A stretch of DNA of 62,145 bases, filler included, from Porpidia crustulata (lineage: Eukaryota): assembly GCA_964255105.1 (NCBI GenBank). It is 12 parts of 12 records of this genome, joined end to end, with 100 filler letters (N's around TTAATTAATTAA, not from the genome) between each part and the next. Parts side by side here need not be neighbours in the genome. Positions count along the whole stretch, not along the records: positions 36,370 to 41,451 come from CAXUWE010001913.1; positions 41,552 to 46,629 come from CAXUWE010001914.1; positions 46,730 to 51,802 come from CAXUWE010001915.1; 9 more parts are not named here. One strand, 5' to 3'. The number at the start of each line of letters is the position of its first letter. Position 1 is the stretch's first letter. The position numbers and the translations under genes are program-made. Below, piece by piece: positions 37,200 to 50,685 of this stretch. A model generated the notes under the pieces. That model did no database searches. It had not been told where the DNA came from and saw only the letters and a list, made by a program, of their open reading frames with translations.

Positions 37200-40100
37200 A
37201 TGCCTCGCAAGGCATTCATTGCCGATTTGCAGGAGGCGAAATCGCAATTTAGCAATCCCAATATCTTTGATCTCAAGGCTGGAGGTGAAGATGGTTCTGT
37301 CACTTTCAAATATAAAGTGCCTGCCGAAACTGGTCAATATGTTACGTTGCAAGCCTTTGTACCAGGTACGTACCCACCCTAACTGATCTATTACTATCAT
37401 GGAGAGGGCCTGAGCTTGCTGACATCTCTTCCAGACCTTGGAGAATATCCATCGTCTCACGAATACTACCTTTACACCGATTCGACAAATGTTCCCGCTG
37501 CTATAAGCCTAGCCCTGCAAGAGCCAGGATCGCTGCGAGGACTGGAGCTGATGCAGATGCTTTCAAAGGTCGTGAGGGTGCTGGACAAAGTTACAAAGGG
37601 TTCGCAACATAACCCGGTCGATCTTGAGGATCCGATGGACCTTGATGAGCTGGAATCGGAGCAAGAGCCTGAATTTTCCGACGACGATAACGGTGAAGAT
37701 TCACCTGGTGAGTGGTCGCCAAGATCACCTCAGCGCGACACTCAAGCCGCTGTTGGGACTATTCGTAAGCGATCGAACGATTGTCAAATGCCTCTAGAGG
37801 ATATTGAAAGAATCAGACTTGATCTGCGAAAAGCAAAAGAAGCTGGGTTCCGCGTCGGACACCTTGGAGGGCTGCTCAACAAAGGTGACGATTGCTTTGT
37901 AACCATCTCTTGCCGCGTTGCGAAGCTCGGCATTTCAGACGAAGCGCTGCAGGCCTGGCATCTTGAAGCCGATCAATACTTCATACTTGTCATTCGCTAC
38001 AAATCTGGGTATCGCCCGCTAGAACGCCTTCTGGCGAAAGAGATACCTGCCGGGGAGAGGACGGTTGAGATGCAGGTAGGAGTGAGCCAGGGGTACAAGA
38101 TTAAATTTGACAACGCCCTGGACGCCTTTATCCAAGCCAAAGATAAGCGCGAGGACAAGCATTATGAAGCAATTGAGCAGCCTGAATGCTCCAAGACTGG
38201 CTTGGGTCCACTTTTCATTGGTCGACCTCTCAATGAGTTAATGAATGGACGACTTTTGGAGTTGATTAGATATAGGATATCCGAAGGATTTCCCTGGGAC
38301 GGAGCAGAAAATTTCTACAACGATCATCAAGGCAGAAATCTCGCCGAGAGTGACGTTGTGGGGCCACAGTACTGGGCCGACGATGCGTCGAAAATTGAAA
38401 AAGCCATGCCGGATATTGTCACTGCAGACCATCTGATCTCGCCCCCCAAGGCACCGTCGTTTCCATTAGTGGCAATGCAGTTTGCCCTCCGCCATCTGGT
38501 CCGCTGTACAGAGTTCTGTTTGGTATGCCATTGCAAGGTCGAAACGGAATTTGAGGCTTTGAAGCCATTTGTTTGCTCTAAACCACTCTGTCTCTACCAG
38601 TATATGACTCTGGGTTTCGGTCCCAGTATCGAACATGAAATCCTGTCGCAACCTCACGTTGTTGATCTGCTAGTAAGTTTTTGCTACTGCAGCGCGGCCA
38701 ATCGTAGGTTGACAGCCCTTCCTATTGGTATGGGCTTGATTGTTCCTCATCCGTCTTTTGTATCCTCGAAGAATGCTTACGCTGGTAAACCCTATGTGTC
38801 TCGGGCACAGTCATATATGCCGGCCCATCTGAGTAAACCAGATGGTATAGCTTCTCCATCGATCGCGGCCCCTTTGGCTCAGAAAGTTCCGGACCCGCAG
38901 AAATACAAGGCCAGGTTTGATCGACAGCGCATGGAGCTCATTTTTCTTCCTGGAGTACACTCAGGGCTTCTCCGCCCAGGCCATTGGATTTACCTCACAG
39001 CTCCTGGACTGCCTGAACAAAGTCTACATTGCAGAGTTATTGAAGCATTATACCCTACTATTCGCTTAGCGCAGCCAGTTGTGCGTACCTTCATGCCAAT
39101 GGAAACGGTAAGGCAAGGGAACGCCCTCACCTTCCCGCAGTCAAATCAGCTGTATCTCAGATCTCTACAAGCTCCTACTCCCGTGGCTACACCGCCTCCT
39201 CGTCTCGACATTTCTACATATCCCGAGGTCGAGTTTGCTGTCTATGACCAGAATTTTGACGACCTCGATGATGACGAGAAACAGAGATCCTTGTGTGTAC
39301 TCCTCAATACTCTTCCCAGCATCAAACAGATGAAGGAGTTCCTGGAATCTAAAGGTGGCAAGGACATGTCTCTTCGGGCCTGGGCAGATCGTGTTTCGAC
39401 TCCAGCAGCCGGTTTGCTACGATGGATTATTGCTTCTAATAGATCTTGCATTGTACAGGTCGACAACATTGACGGCGAAGCTCGGAAAGCCGAGGAAAGG
39501 GTAACGGGAATGTCGGAATGGATGCAATTCAGATTTGCGCAAGGAGCACCTGATAAAGAACAAAGATTTGTCACTGCTGTAAGTAACACAACTAGACACT
39601 CGGCTTGGCCGACGCTATTCGCCTGGCACGGTAGCCCCCTACCCAATTGGCATAGCATTGTCAGAGAAGGACTCCACTTTGAACAGACTGCCAACGGTAG
39701 AGCATATGGTCATGGTGTGTACCACTCTTTGCAACTAGCTACAAGCCTTGGCTATACTTTTGGACAAGGTAGTTACTCAGCAAACCAAGACGGAACGGCT
39801 ACATTTGCAACATGGCCTCATAGCGAGTTGAAGATATCACAAGCCATTACGTTGAACGAGATCGTCAATGCGCCAGCTCAATTCGTCAGCAGCAATCCGC
39901 ATCTTGTGGTTGCTCAACTCGATTGGATCCAATCACGCTATCTCTTTGTCAAATGCAATGTGGAAGGGCAACAGTTGGGGGATAAATGCCCGTCTCAAGT
40001 ATATGAGCAGGATCCTAAATACATCCCGACAGGAGCAAATGGCGGGAAAGTTGCCATTCCAATCACCGCGATTAGTAAATCTAGGAGGCCCGTGGCGAAA

Positions 40101-41040
40101 GCCGTCAAGAGCGGGAATAAGAAAGCAAAAATCGGTGGCCCTGTACTGGCGCGATTGGATGACGTTGTTCTTCTCAGTGATGATACCGACGCAGAAGATC
40201 TTGAAATATTCTTCTCGGACGTTGAAGAGGCGCCAACCGAAGCACAGCAGCTTCCGGCAAGTCAAAAAAAAGGAAAGATGAAGTCAGTGGTTAGTCTGTT
40301 CAAGAAGACGCCAGAAGTCCCAAAGACCGATTTTGTACCTGGAACTCTTGACCACAGCACACTGCAAATACTAGAGCCCCCTATCTACGCAACGTCATCA
40401 GCGACCAAGCAACTCCAACGAGAACTGACCAGCACCCTGAAAGTCCAAGACACCCACCCCGCTCACGAATTAGGCTGGTACATCGACTCCAATCTCATCA
40501 CCAACGTCTACCAATGGATCATCGAACTCCATTCCTTTGAACCCCACCTCCCTCTCGCCAAAGACATGAAAGCCAAAGACCTGAAAAGAATCGTCATGGA
40601 AATGCGCTTCGGCAAGGATTACCCCATGAGCCCGCCCTTTGTCCGCATCATCCGCCCTCGCTTCCTCAGCTTCATGCAAGGCGGAGGCGGCCACGTCACC
40701 GCCGGCGGCGCTCTCTGCATGGAGCTCCTGACCAACTCCGGTTGGAGTGCCGTGTCGAACATCGAGTCGGTGCTGCTGCAGGTGCGGCTGGCCATTTCCG
40801 CGACGGAACCGAAACCGGCACGGCTCGAGCAGGGATTCGTGCGTGATTATGGGGTCGGAGAGGCTGTGGAGGCGTATATTCGAGCTTGTAATACGCATGG
40901 GGTGAGCTTTTTGACTCTTCTTGTTGGCAGTGATAACTGGGTTTGAGCTAATAAGATTGCAGTGGGAAATACCCAAGGACTTCGCGACGACTTATTCCGC
41001 ACCGACGCAGGGTTCGAATGGTGGGTGTATCCAGTACTAG
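37200..41040 (+). CDS. Fungal PARP-like ADP-ribosyltransferase fused to a UBE2Q-like E2 ubiquitin-conjugating domain, 3 exons
   Basis: Cys cluster CTEFCLVCH..KPFVCSKPLCLYQY; ART motifs LFAWHGSPLPNWHSIVREGL and GRAYGHGVYHS; UBC motifs YPMSPPFVRIIRPRF and GGHVTAGGALCMELLTNSGWS; last exon WEIPKDF...QY*. Confidence 0.92.
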
Positions 41041-41551
41041 AGTCGTGGAGGATATCGGACGCTTGGAGTTGATGGAAGATGCATGGGAATGAATGTGCTT
41101 TTTTAGATACCCCCCGGACGGCGTTTTAGGCTGTGGCTGCGGCTGAGCAGTCGAGGTGTGCTACCTGATGTAGCAGTAACGGAGATTTAAAACCACGAGT
41201 TCTTTGACCTTAGATCTATCTTGCATCTCACATCCTCCCTCTATTCTAACAAATGTTCGCTCCACACCACAAGCTTCAATCTTTTCCATCCCGCCATCCC
41301 GCCACCGCAAACACATCCATATCTATATCTATATCCCCATCGAGATCCCAATCGAGATCCACGTCGAGCTTCGCAACAACCCCCTCCCTCTCAACCTTAT
41401 GCCAACCTTACCTCACTATCCCATCCTACCTTCTTCCACTCAACACATCTCNNNNNNNNNNNNNNNNNNNNNNNNNNNNNNNNNNNNNNNNNNNNTTAAT
41501 TAATTAANNNNNNNNNNNNNNNNNNNNNNNNNNNNNNNNNNNNNNNNNNNN

Positions 41552-42520
41552 GTGGTAGTGGGGGAAGTCGTGGGCGTGGTGGTGGGAGCTGGAGCGCCGG
41601 ATTTGGGGTTGTAAGTGATGCCGGATGCGGGGCAGCTGTTCTTGGAGCCGTCGGGGTTTGTGGGGACGAAGGTGCCGGTGACGACGGAGCCCTTGACGTC
41701 GTAAAAGTACCAGATTTCATCTAGGGCGCCGTTTTTGCATTGGATCGAGGGTGTGACACCTCTAGGTTTTGTGAGGGCGGCGAGGATGGCGGCGGAGGTG
41801 TAAGTTTTGGTGCTGGAGGGGAGGATGCCGGCTTGAGCGAGCCATTGATAGGAGGGAAGGGTTTTGAAAAGGTTGACGGCGGTTTGAAAGTAGTCAACGA
41901 CTTCTTCTTGCGGTGTGTAGCCGGTGTAGCATTTTGGATTTAGGGTGCTAATGCAGGTACCGTGTTTCTCCCATTCGTGCTCCCAGAAGGATTCATCGTT
42001 CCCCCTATGATCATGTGAGTCTCTATTGTGGCCACCAAAATCTAGAGCAGGCATCACATACTGGTAGTCTTTCCAATAGGTGTTCATGTAGTTGAGCAGG
42101 TCAGTCTTTCCGGCTGCGGAGATAATGGCGGAAATGTTGGTGTATGCGCGAGCAGGATCGCAATTTGCGTCGTAGGTCCCATCGCAATGATCTGGCCATA
42201 AGCCGTGCACAGTCCAGCTATTACTGGGCCCAGTCGGAGGAGAATAGTCCCAGAATTGCGTCTGGACCATCTGACCGCCTGGTCGACCTTGAATCAGCAT
42301 TTACTTTCCAGATTAGACTCGTGCGCAGTGGGATCATACCTGGAGCATTGAAGCAGCAGAGATCGGCAACAATCGTTGTGTTCTTGCAGCTCTGCTGCGG
42401 GTTGGTGCATACAGCAGGGGAGCCTCCCTCGACAGCAGTGCCTGCAGACAGGAGAGCTACCTGGGAGTAGGTGAGAGCAAGTCTCGACAGCGAGCCGAAC
42501 GAGGACAAGAAAGAAGGCAT
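41552..42520 (-). CDS. Ribonuclease T2 family (Rny1-like), secreted, 3' truncated
   Basis: CAS I WTVHGLWPD and CAS II FWEHEWEKHGTC; DLCCFNAP|GG..QTQFWD; signal-like N-terminus; Thr/Pro linker before the gap. Confidence 0.95.
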
Positions 42521-44949
42521 GCTTTTGGATAATTGACTGCTGATACTCTCCCAGGACTGGCCGAGGGAAGAGGTGACATTATTATAGAGGCCATGTCGGA
42601 GCACAGCTTGGAGTTGCAGCAACGACGGAGGCATAGGGAGCTGCTAAGATGGGACGCGGACCTGCGCGAACCTGCGGTAGAAGGAATGTTGATCTTCTCG
42701 AAGTCTTCGGCAAATCGTCCGTGGTTGGCTTAGGATAGTAAATTAGTTATTCGGATAGAAGAGACGGATAGCGAATGGGAGGTATGAAGTTGATCTATGG
42801 CGATTGGGCGATTAAGCAGTTGGCACGTCAAGGCGAGAGGCGACAGACACCCAACAAGCGGATTCAGGGGAGAAGTCTGGTTCCTTCATTTGATGCGCCT
42901 GATCATGGCAGCAGCACCTTCCTGAAAGACATATGGCTCCTGACGAGAGAAGGCCAGACAGGTTGGAAGTAGTGCGACTCGAAATCGGAAGACGATTGAC
43001 AGCTGGGGCGGAACAAAGACTTCGGCTTGGCGAGTCACCCAAGAGCCAACCAGCTATCAGGGTTGGGTTGTGCCACTCGACGATGCTCAATGTCTCGTCC
43101 ATCAACAACATACTTGAAGCTTGAGGAGAGACACAGTACACACATGGTGCTGCGATGATTGGCAGACACGCCTCATAGGGGATGTCACATGATTGGCTGT
43201 GAGATTGACGACCTGACTCGGGCTTAGCGTCCTTGATCATGTGCAGTAGCTCGCTTAGCTCCGGCTTTCTTGCTCGGCCGCCATCCTGTTCCGTCTTAGC
43301 GTCCGCGTTTGGCCCCAAACTGATAATGGAAGTTTCCAATCGCAGTAGAACTTGATCCGAACTCTATCAAGTCTCGATCTCATTTAATTAGAATAAGAGC
43401 TTTTAGAATCACAACTCCAGGCATGACATTGCCACTATGACACAATCATCGGGCTCTAAATTTCTCCAAAGGAATCCCTATCTCCGACATTGTTTCGAGT
43501 GGCCTTGCTTACCTTACAAAGGGGCCAGTATCCGCTTGCGTCCATGATCCAACCCCAAGGCCATCATGGCACGCTCTGGCTCTCGGTGGATATTGATTGA
43601 CGCGGCGTTGGCAACGTCTTGTTCAAACTTCTGGCTCACAAAATTCCGAATCACATGTAAAATGTTGAATCCACTCTTTGGGCTTTTCGTAGACGCTTAA
43701 ATCGAATTGGAAGATTCATGATCCGAAACTTATGGTCAACGTTCACAACAGCATGGCAAAACCATCACCTGGCTCGACAGCTGGCAGCTCGACGGTCGAT
43801 ACTATCATTTTATCCCATGCTGGCCGTGATGAAGGGCAACCTCGACCTTCATTGTTGGGCTTTTTGTTTGTCAACGCCATACATCCATCCCAGGAATACG
43901 ACGCAATGCTGCGTATCTAATTTGGACCAATCGTGATGAGAATTCCCGGATTATGCAGGTCTTGATGTTAAGTATTTCTTTCAAGATGTCTATTTGAACA
44001 TCGAGCTCATCTACTTCAACACTTGTGAGCTTTCTCTGTTAGCAATTCAAGAGATTATTCCCACTTCCTTGCGATAATTGAGCCTACCAAGACTAAACGC
44101 CAGGTAAGCCTTGGATAATAAACATTTTCAAAACTAGAGAAAATATATCACTGCGTATTCAACAAGGTGGCTTACATGTATCTGGTAGGCACCGATGAAA
44201 TATCAAACCATAATGAGTAATCACCACGCCTATGTATTCGCTTGCTAGAAAAGCGTTCTCTTGCTACAAGAAGTCTTACTGACAGGCAGGTCATTAATCT
44301 TTGCTAGACCGCTAGGCTTAATTTTTATGACAGATGAAAGCTACCCTCGCAACATAGGAGATATTCATGTAGAAAAGATAAGCACCTATCTTTACCTATC
44401 TCATCTCAAGTTTTGACCTAATTTTTCAAGACACCATTATTCTACTTCAAGCACCACCAGCGTAAAACCCTACGCCAATCATTAAACCCAGGAAACTCAA
44501 CAGCAGAGCACATACAACTAGAACACAGTCAATGAGTTCTCGAGCTGCTGTTGCAAAGAGATTTTGAACAAAGGAACCTGCAGATCAGTATCATTAAACC
44601 ATCGAGAAATGGGTTTAGACGGAAGAATCGTCACAAAGACAATGGCAAAGACAATCAAAATCGTACATCAACTCCTGATGAGACGGAGCCAAGGAATATG
44701 CACAATGACACTGACCGAAATCAAAGCTTCCCGTCTTTTGCTTTCACCTAGGCTAACAAACCATTTGTGAAGGTGACAATAGGATTATTCAGGCACGGAC
44801 TGCGCTTTGTGGCAGAATTTACGAGCATCTCTATTAAATACTTCTTACTTACCTTACGCCCAGCTCATTCGCAACCCACCTCACAGACGACTTCTTATTC
44901 AAACCCCTTCAAAAATTCGATCCAAACAACCTTCACTCGATCTATCACC

Positions 44950-46332
44950 ATGAACTCTCCCTGCAGATCCTGCCGGATCAACCTTCCTTGCACTGATGCA
45001 CGAGTCCACAGTACTGTTTGCAGTGGGGGCTATTCTGGAACGATTTCATTTGGCTCAACGGGTGACGATATCGACGTTGGAGAATATACCTTTGCAATGA
45101 TTGTACTTGGCAAAGCTGAAGCAACGCCATTCGATTGAAGGCGACTAGAAGATCTAGGAGATCTCTGCATTATAAGTCCAGGACTGCGCGATGAACACTC
45201 TCCTTGCACGGCGGATGCCCTGCCTCACCACATTTCTACCGCTCCAAACCACTCACCACAAGGAGCTGGTTCAGGAGACTGTGAAGACCGTTGTACATGT
45301 AAATTTGGGACAGAACATACATGCCAAAACGCAATCCCGAGTAATGATGCACAAGCTGACCGCGAAGAATTCCCAAGTCGTCCTCGAGAAACTGATAGCA
45401 GTAACGGGAGAGAGCGATCCCAATCCCCCGCCACTCGAAACACCTACGAGCGTCAAAGATCGAAGCTTCCGTATCTCGTAGACCCCGAAGATCGCACATC
45501 CCCTCTTCCAAACAAGGAAACCACCGATGGCAGCAGCTACGAGCACATGCGCCCAATTCCTTGTTTCTTCACAGGTCCTCAACATCTTCCCACGTCTCGA
45601 CGGATGTGGGCGGACCTCGAGCCCAACCTCACCCACCAAGTCCAGGACTGTTCCGATCCACGCGCTCAGGCTATCGACTACGAGTGCGAGCGGCCTGAGG
45701 CTCCGGCTGCTCCTTCAAGCCCTGAACCCACCTTTTCCCAATATCCACGCTTTGGTCAGTATCGCGTTGATTCTGAAAGCAACCTCACAGACGACGGTTT
45801 CTTCCACACGCTTACTCAATCTCCAAACAGCTACACCAACGATACTAATCTCACAGACAACGGTTTATGTCACACGCTCGTTGGATATTCGGAAAGCAAT
45901 GCCAACAACAGTAACCTCACAGATGCCGATTTCTTGCGTACCCTCCTTGAATCTTCAAACAGCGAGGCCAACGACAGTAAGAAGCGCAAACGCACGGTTG
46001 CGGAACCCGAACTCATCCGGATCAAAACCCAACGCGGCAACTCCAGAATGCTTTTCACCTTCCAGCAGCTTCTCCAAATCAACACCTTCCCTTATTTGGA
46101 AAGCAAGGGCAAGAGCGAGGGTTGTGAAAATGAGACAACAGCCGAAAGCGACGACGAAAACGAAAGCGAAAACGATGAGGCGGACGGTTTGTCGTGTCAG
46201 ACTGGGCCGAAAACGTTCGAGCACCTGGAGTGGATGAACAGCCGGCCTTTTCTGCGATTGCGGACGTGTTTCGCGGATGATGGGGAGGGAGAGGCGCTCG
46301 AAGACGTGGACGGAGAATCGGTGTGTGAGTAG
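44950..46332 (+). CDS. Orphan protein with three 22-aa tandem repeats, interrupted by one in-frame TGA (45136-45138)
   Basis: ORFs 44767-45138 and 45547-46332 share a frame that is open between them; repeats SNLTDDGFFHTL/TNLTDNGLCHTL/SNLTDADFLRTL; basic KKRKR; acidic tail. Confidence 0.5.
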
Positions 46333-46729
46333 ATATCCACGATGATGGAGACTAGATATTGCACGACAAGTATACATTGGGAAGGAATATGAAGATGGAC
46401 GCGAGCGAGCGAGTAGGAAGCTTAGATAATAGGGCATAGATGGGTTTTTGTCTAAATCGCTTAAATCCCTACAAATAAAATTTTCAGAGCTTTTGCGAGG
46501 TTTAATATTCAGATAGACAGATCGGATGAGCTTATGAGGTTGTGATATCGTGAAATTCGAAGCTTTGAACATCCCATCTCATCTTATCATTAATTCTTCT
46601 TTTTTGACTTGACCTTTTCCGTTCTAATCNNNNNNNNNNNNNNNNNNNNNNNNNNNNNNNNNNNNNNNNNNNNTTAATTAATTAANNNNNNNNNNNNNNN
46701 NNNNNNNNNNNNNNNNNNNNNNNNNNNNN

Positions 46730-47357
46730 ATTCTCGAGTCACAGCTTTTGCGGTCACGATCGTTTCGCCTCGGGGCGCTAGTCCCCAAGCCCCGGGTCCA
46801 AATGACCTATTCAGTATCCTTCTGTATTTGATTTCTGGGAGGTAAACGATGCCGTCGGGCTTGACTTCGATATCGTCGGGCTCGATGGGCGCAAGAAGGA
46901 TGTTGGCAGTCTCTTTTGAAAAGGCTTCGCTGGAGAGTCCGTGGAAGGAGTTCGTCCAGTCTACTTGGCGGGCTCCTTCATCGAGGATGAGAGGCTGGTC
47001 GTTCAGGCCGCTTGTGAGATCTGACATTTCGGGTAATGGAGGTTGTGGATCAGAGGTAGGAGGAGATGCTGTGGTTATGGAATTGTACGATGGACGTGAT
47101 GGCGCGGGAGTACTCGTGACATATTGTGCTTGCTGTGCGCGATAGAATTTGGTGGTTGTGAACGCTTCTCGAGCACTGGCATCTCGACTATGTCTGTCAG
47201 AGGCGTGATGCCTGCTCGACTTTCGAGAAGAGACGTCAGGCGATAGCCGCGGTTTCTGTCTTCGAGGCAGCGCGGTAGTGAATGACACAGCGAACGTTCG
47301 TGATGTCCTAGATATTTGTAAGGACCACGTAGCTCGCTGGAAAATGAGTGTGGCCAT
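46730..47357 (-). CDS. MGM101: Mitochondrial genome maintenance protein Mgm101 (3' truncated)
   Basis: Arg/Ser-rich presequence; [15 protein letters not shown]...[36 protein letters not shown]. Confidence 0.96.
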
Positions 47358-48152
47358 GCTGGTGGTGACTTGACTGCTTGACTGAGATTTTGTTGCGAGA
47401 GAGCTTGAACCCTGAATGCCATTTGCGGCATGGTCACGTGATTTAACATTGAGCCCCCATTGCCCTCATTTCTTACCAGGCATGACTTTTACTGCAATTT
47501 GACGGTACTCGGCTTGCAAGAGTGTCTATGGTTGTTACTGTACATTTTCAACATTCAAGCTATCTCATCTAAGTTGCCAGAAGCTCTAGACATCCTTCGT
47601 TGCCACTCTTTGGTCGTTACCCTGCCTTTTCCAACATTCGCGAAAGCTCTCCATCTGGAAACAAATCGAGCATATCAGTCCTCACAGATCGAATGTTATT
47701 GTTGGGAGGTGAAGGGGAGCGGCCGGCAAGATCCGTCTCAACAAGTCTATAAGGCACTTACTTCTTGCCTGCAGACCCTCCAGTCCTTCTTGTCAAAATA
47801 GCAATCGTTCATCTTCGTTTGTTCAACTTCCGAGGGTTAGTAACCTCCGATGATACCAACAGAATAGTTATGAAAATGCATTCTATATACCTGAGCAACC
47901 GGTACTGAAAATCCTCTTATCCCTATAAAGATCAGCTAGATTTGTAGTCCTACTCCGGACCAAGCAAGTACCAGTCATCCGGCTCATCATTTTCATCTCG
48001 TGTCTCTTCTAGTTTTGTTTGATTTGAATTCGGCATCGCTCGAGACTTTCTCGTCGTGACTTCTCGACTGCGGTGGCTTGCTTATTGGGAAGGCGACAAT
48101 CTTATCCCTCGGCCCGACGTGAAAGTTGAAATCCAAACTCAAATCCAGATTC

Positions 48153-50376
48153 ATGGCAGCCAAGCGTGTGAACGTGCTCGTTTACTCAGGTATGCTCATC
48201 ATAATTTATCAAAACCAGCCCTTCTGAACGATACCTTCAGGCAACGGGAGCACAATCGAGTCTGTTCGCCATTGTCTCTACAGCCTTCGTCGTCTTCTCT
48301 CCCCAAATTATGCAGTAATCACTGTTACTGGTGAGGCAATCATCAAAGAACCATGGTCAGCCTCATGTGCTATGCTTGTGATGCCAGGTGGCGCGGATCT
48401 AGGCTATTGCCGAACTCTGAACGGAGTGGGTAATCGAAGGATCTCTCAGTTTGTAGAAAGAGGGGGCTTTTACCTAGGTTTCTGCGCAGGGGGCTACTAC
48501 GGTTCAAAGAGGTGTGAGTTCGAGGTGGGTAACAAAAAGCTCGAAGTGATAGGAGACCGTGAGCTCGCATTCTACCCTGGCACTTGTCGTGGATGCGCGT
48601 TCTCTGGGTTCGTCTACCATAGCGAGCAAGGTGCAAGAACGGTAGAGCTCAAAGTTTCGAAAACTGCGCTGACAAAAGGATCTATCCCCGATGTCTTCCG
48701 GTCATATTACAACGGTGGAGGTGTCTTTGTAGACGCTCGGAAATACAAGAATAATGGTGTCGAGATTCTGGCAAGTTTCGACAAGGAACTTGATGTTGAT
48801 GCGGGAGAGGGCGCCGCTGCAGTGGTATATTGTAAAGTTGGCGCAGGAGCTGCAATCTTGACAAGTCCACATCCAGAGTAAGATTGCATCCAAGTGTTGT
48901 ATGAAAACTCAACGCTGAGCCTGTGCAGATTTGCCCCTGCGAATCTCGACAAGAGCGCTGACGTCCCAGGATTCTCCGAGCTCGTGGAGAAGCTGAAAGA
49001 AGATGATAAGCAAAGGACAGATTTCCTAAAAGCTTGTCTATTGAAACTCGGCTTGCAAGTTAGTGAAGATCAGAACGCGGTACCTTCCCTTTCCCGACTT
49101 CACATCTCGTCCGTACTGCCGACCGGAGCATCCGAGCTGATGGTATCCCTCCACGATATTATCTCAATAGAGGACGGCGAGGAGTATATAAAAGATGAGA
49201 ACGATACATTCCATCTAGAAAAACCATCAGCTTGGTCCCTTGGCTCTGTGACTAGTGCTCTTCTAGCTTCAAATGACGAGAACGCTGATAAAAGTAGCGT
49301 CGAAGATGGGATAATCGACTATAATACTTTACTGAAGCGGGTCATTGTGCATGAGGACGATCTGCCTACTAGTAAAGATACTCCTTACTTTAACCATCAT
49401 GCATTCTTTGCAAACTTAAAGCACTATCGATCAAAGTCGCCTGATAATGAAGATCCATTTGGAGAACACGTATTGTACGGAGAAGTAGTGACTAGCACGA
49501 ATACCATGTTGGAAAAGTACTCCATCTCAACTGCCGTGCATGTAATGCCAATTGCGCTGACATCGCTAGAAACACGCAATTACTTCGACGTCTTCCAAGC
49601 GGGTTTACTGCGACTGCGACAGTCCAAGTGTCTGGACGTGGCCGTGGTTCCAATGTTTGGGTTTCCCCGCCTGGGTCCTTGATGTTCTCAACTGTGATCC
49701 GCCATTCGATCAGTCTGACTCCGCAAGCACCAGTGGTCTTCCTCCAATATTTGGCCGCCCTTGCGATAGTGGAAGGTATCAAGAATTACGATGTGGGATT
49801 TGAACACATCCCTGTGAGACTAAAATGGCCTAATGATATATGTAAATGGTCTCCTTTCCATTGGCGACTGCCTCATACTCACTGAAAGAAACAGATGCTC
49901 TCGACCCATCCGACACAGCATCTATAAGATACGTCAAGATAGGTGGTATACTCGTAAACTCCCACTATTCTACGTCAGAGTACTTATCCGTCGTCGGTAT
50001 CGGGCTTAATACTACCAACGCTATGCCTACTACTTCGCTGAATGCCCTCAAGCCACCTTATCCATTTACGTTGGAGAAACTCCTTGCTAGTATCCTCACT
50101 TGCTACTCCAATCTTTACGCGAAGTTCAAGATTGCAGGGTTCGACCGATTCTTTGAAGAAATGTACTATCGATACTGGCTACATAACGAACAGATTGTGA
50201 CTTTAGAAGCTGAAGGTGGGGTGAGGGCAAAGATTAAGGGCATCACGAGGGATTGGGGCCTGTTGATCGCAGAGGAGCTTGGCTGGGAAGATCGAGGTAC
50301 AGGTAAAATTTGGACTCTGCAGAGTGACAGCAATAGCTTTGATTTCTTCAAGGGTCTGGTAAAAAGAAAGGTTTGA
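48153..50376 (+). CDS. BPL1: Biotin-protein ligase (holocarboxylase synthetase)
   Basis: BPL_N: NVLVYS|GNGST, PGGADLGYC, YLGFCAGGYYG, YYNGGG. Catalytic domain: VVTSTNT, GRGRGSNVWVSP, LKWPNDI, KIGGILVN, DSNSFDFFKGL. Confidence 0.96.
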
Positions 50377-50685
50377 AAAAGCTACAAGAATGCCAAGGTA
50401 TTGATTGACATAGAATTCTAGCCTATCGAGTGTTCGGATTAGATTCGGATGAGTATCATGCTGACGAGGCTGCAGTGCGCTCTTTCCTTTATCATTTTGC
50501 GCTTGCCTCTGGGCCCTCTCGCCATGAGTATTCGATTGTGCGAGACGGATAACCTGTCATCTCGTAATACTTACCCATGATCTGTGGTAGTAGTTTCATG
50601 GACACCTTCCTTTAACTCCGTATCTATATTTTCAACATTCTTTAACCAGAATTAGATTCACTACCTCTTTTGACGCAATTTCATC

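Noticed and set aside
41204..41451. Short ORFs with HIHIYIYIPIEIPIEI-type repeats
   Set aside because: Low-complexity sequence at a contig end; no supportable gene.
42521..42634. Upstream in-frame ATG extension of RNase T2
   Set aside because: It cannot be distinguished from chance; the ATG at 42520 already gives a plausible signal peptide.
45191..45481. 96-aa ORF as a separate gene
   Set aside because: It overlaps the longer continuous frame 44950-46332 out of frame and has no recognisable features.
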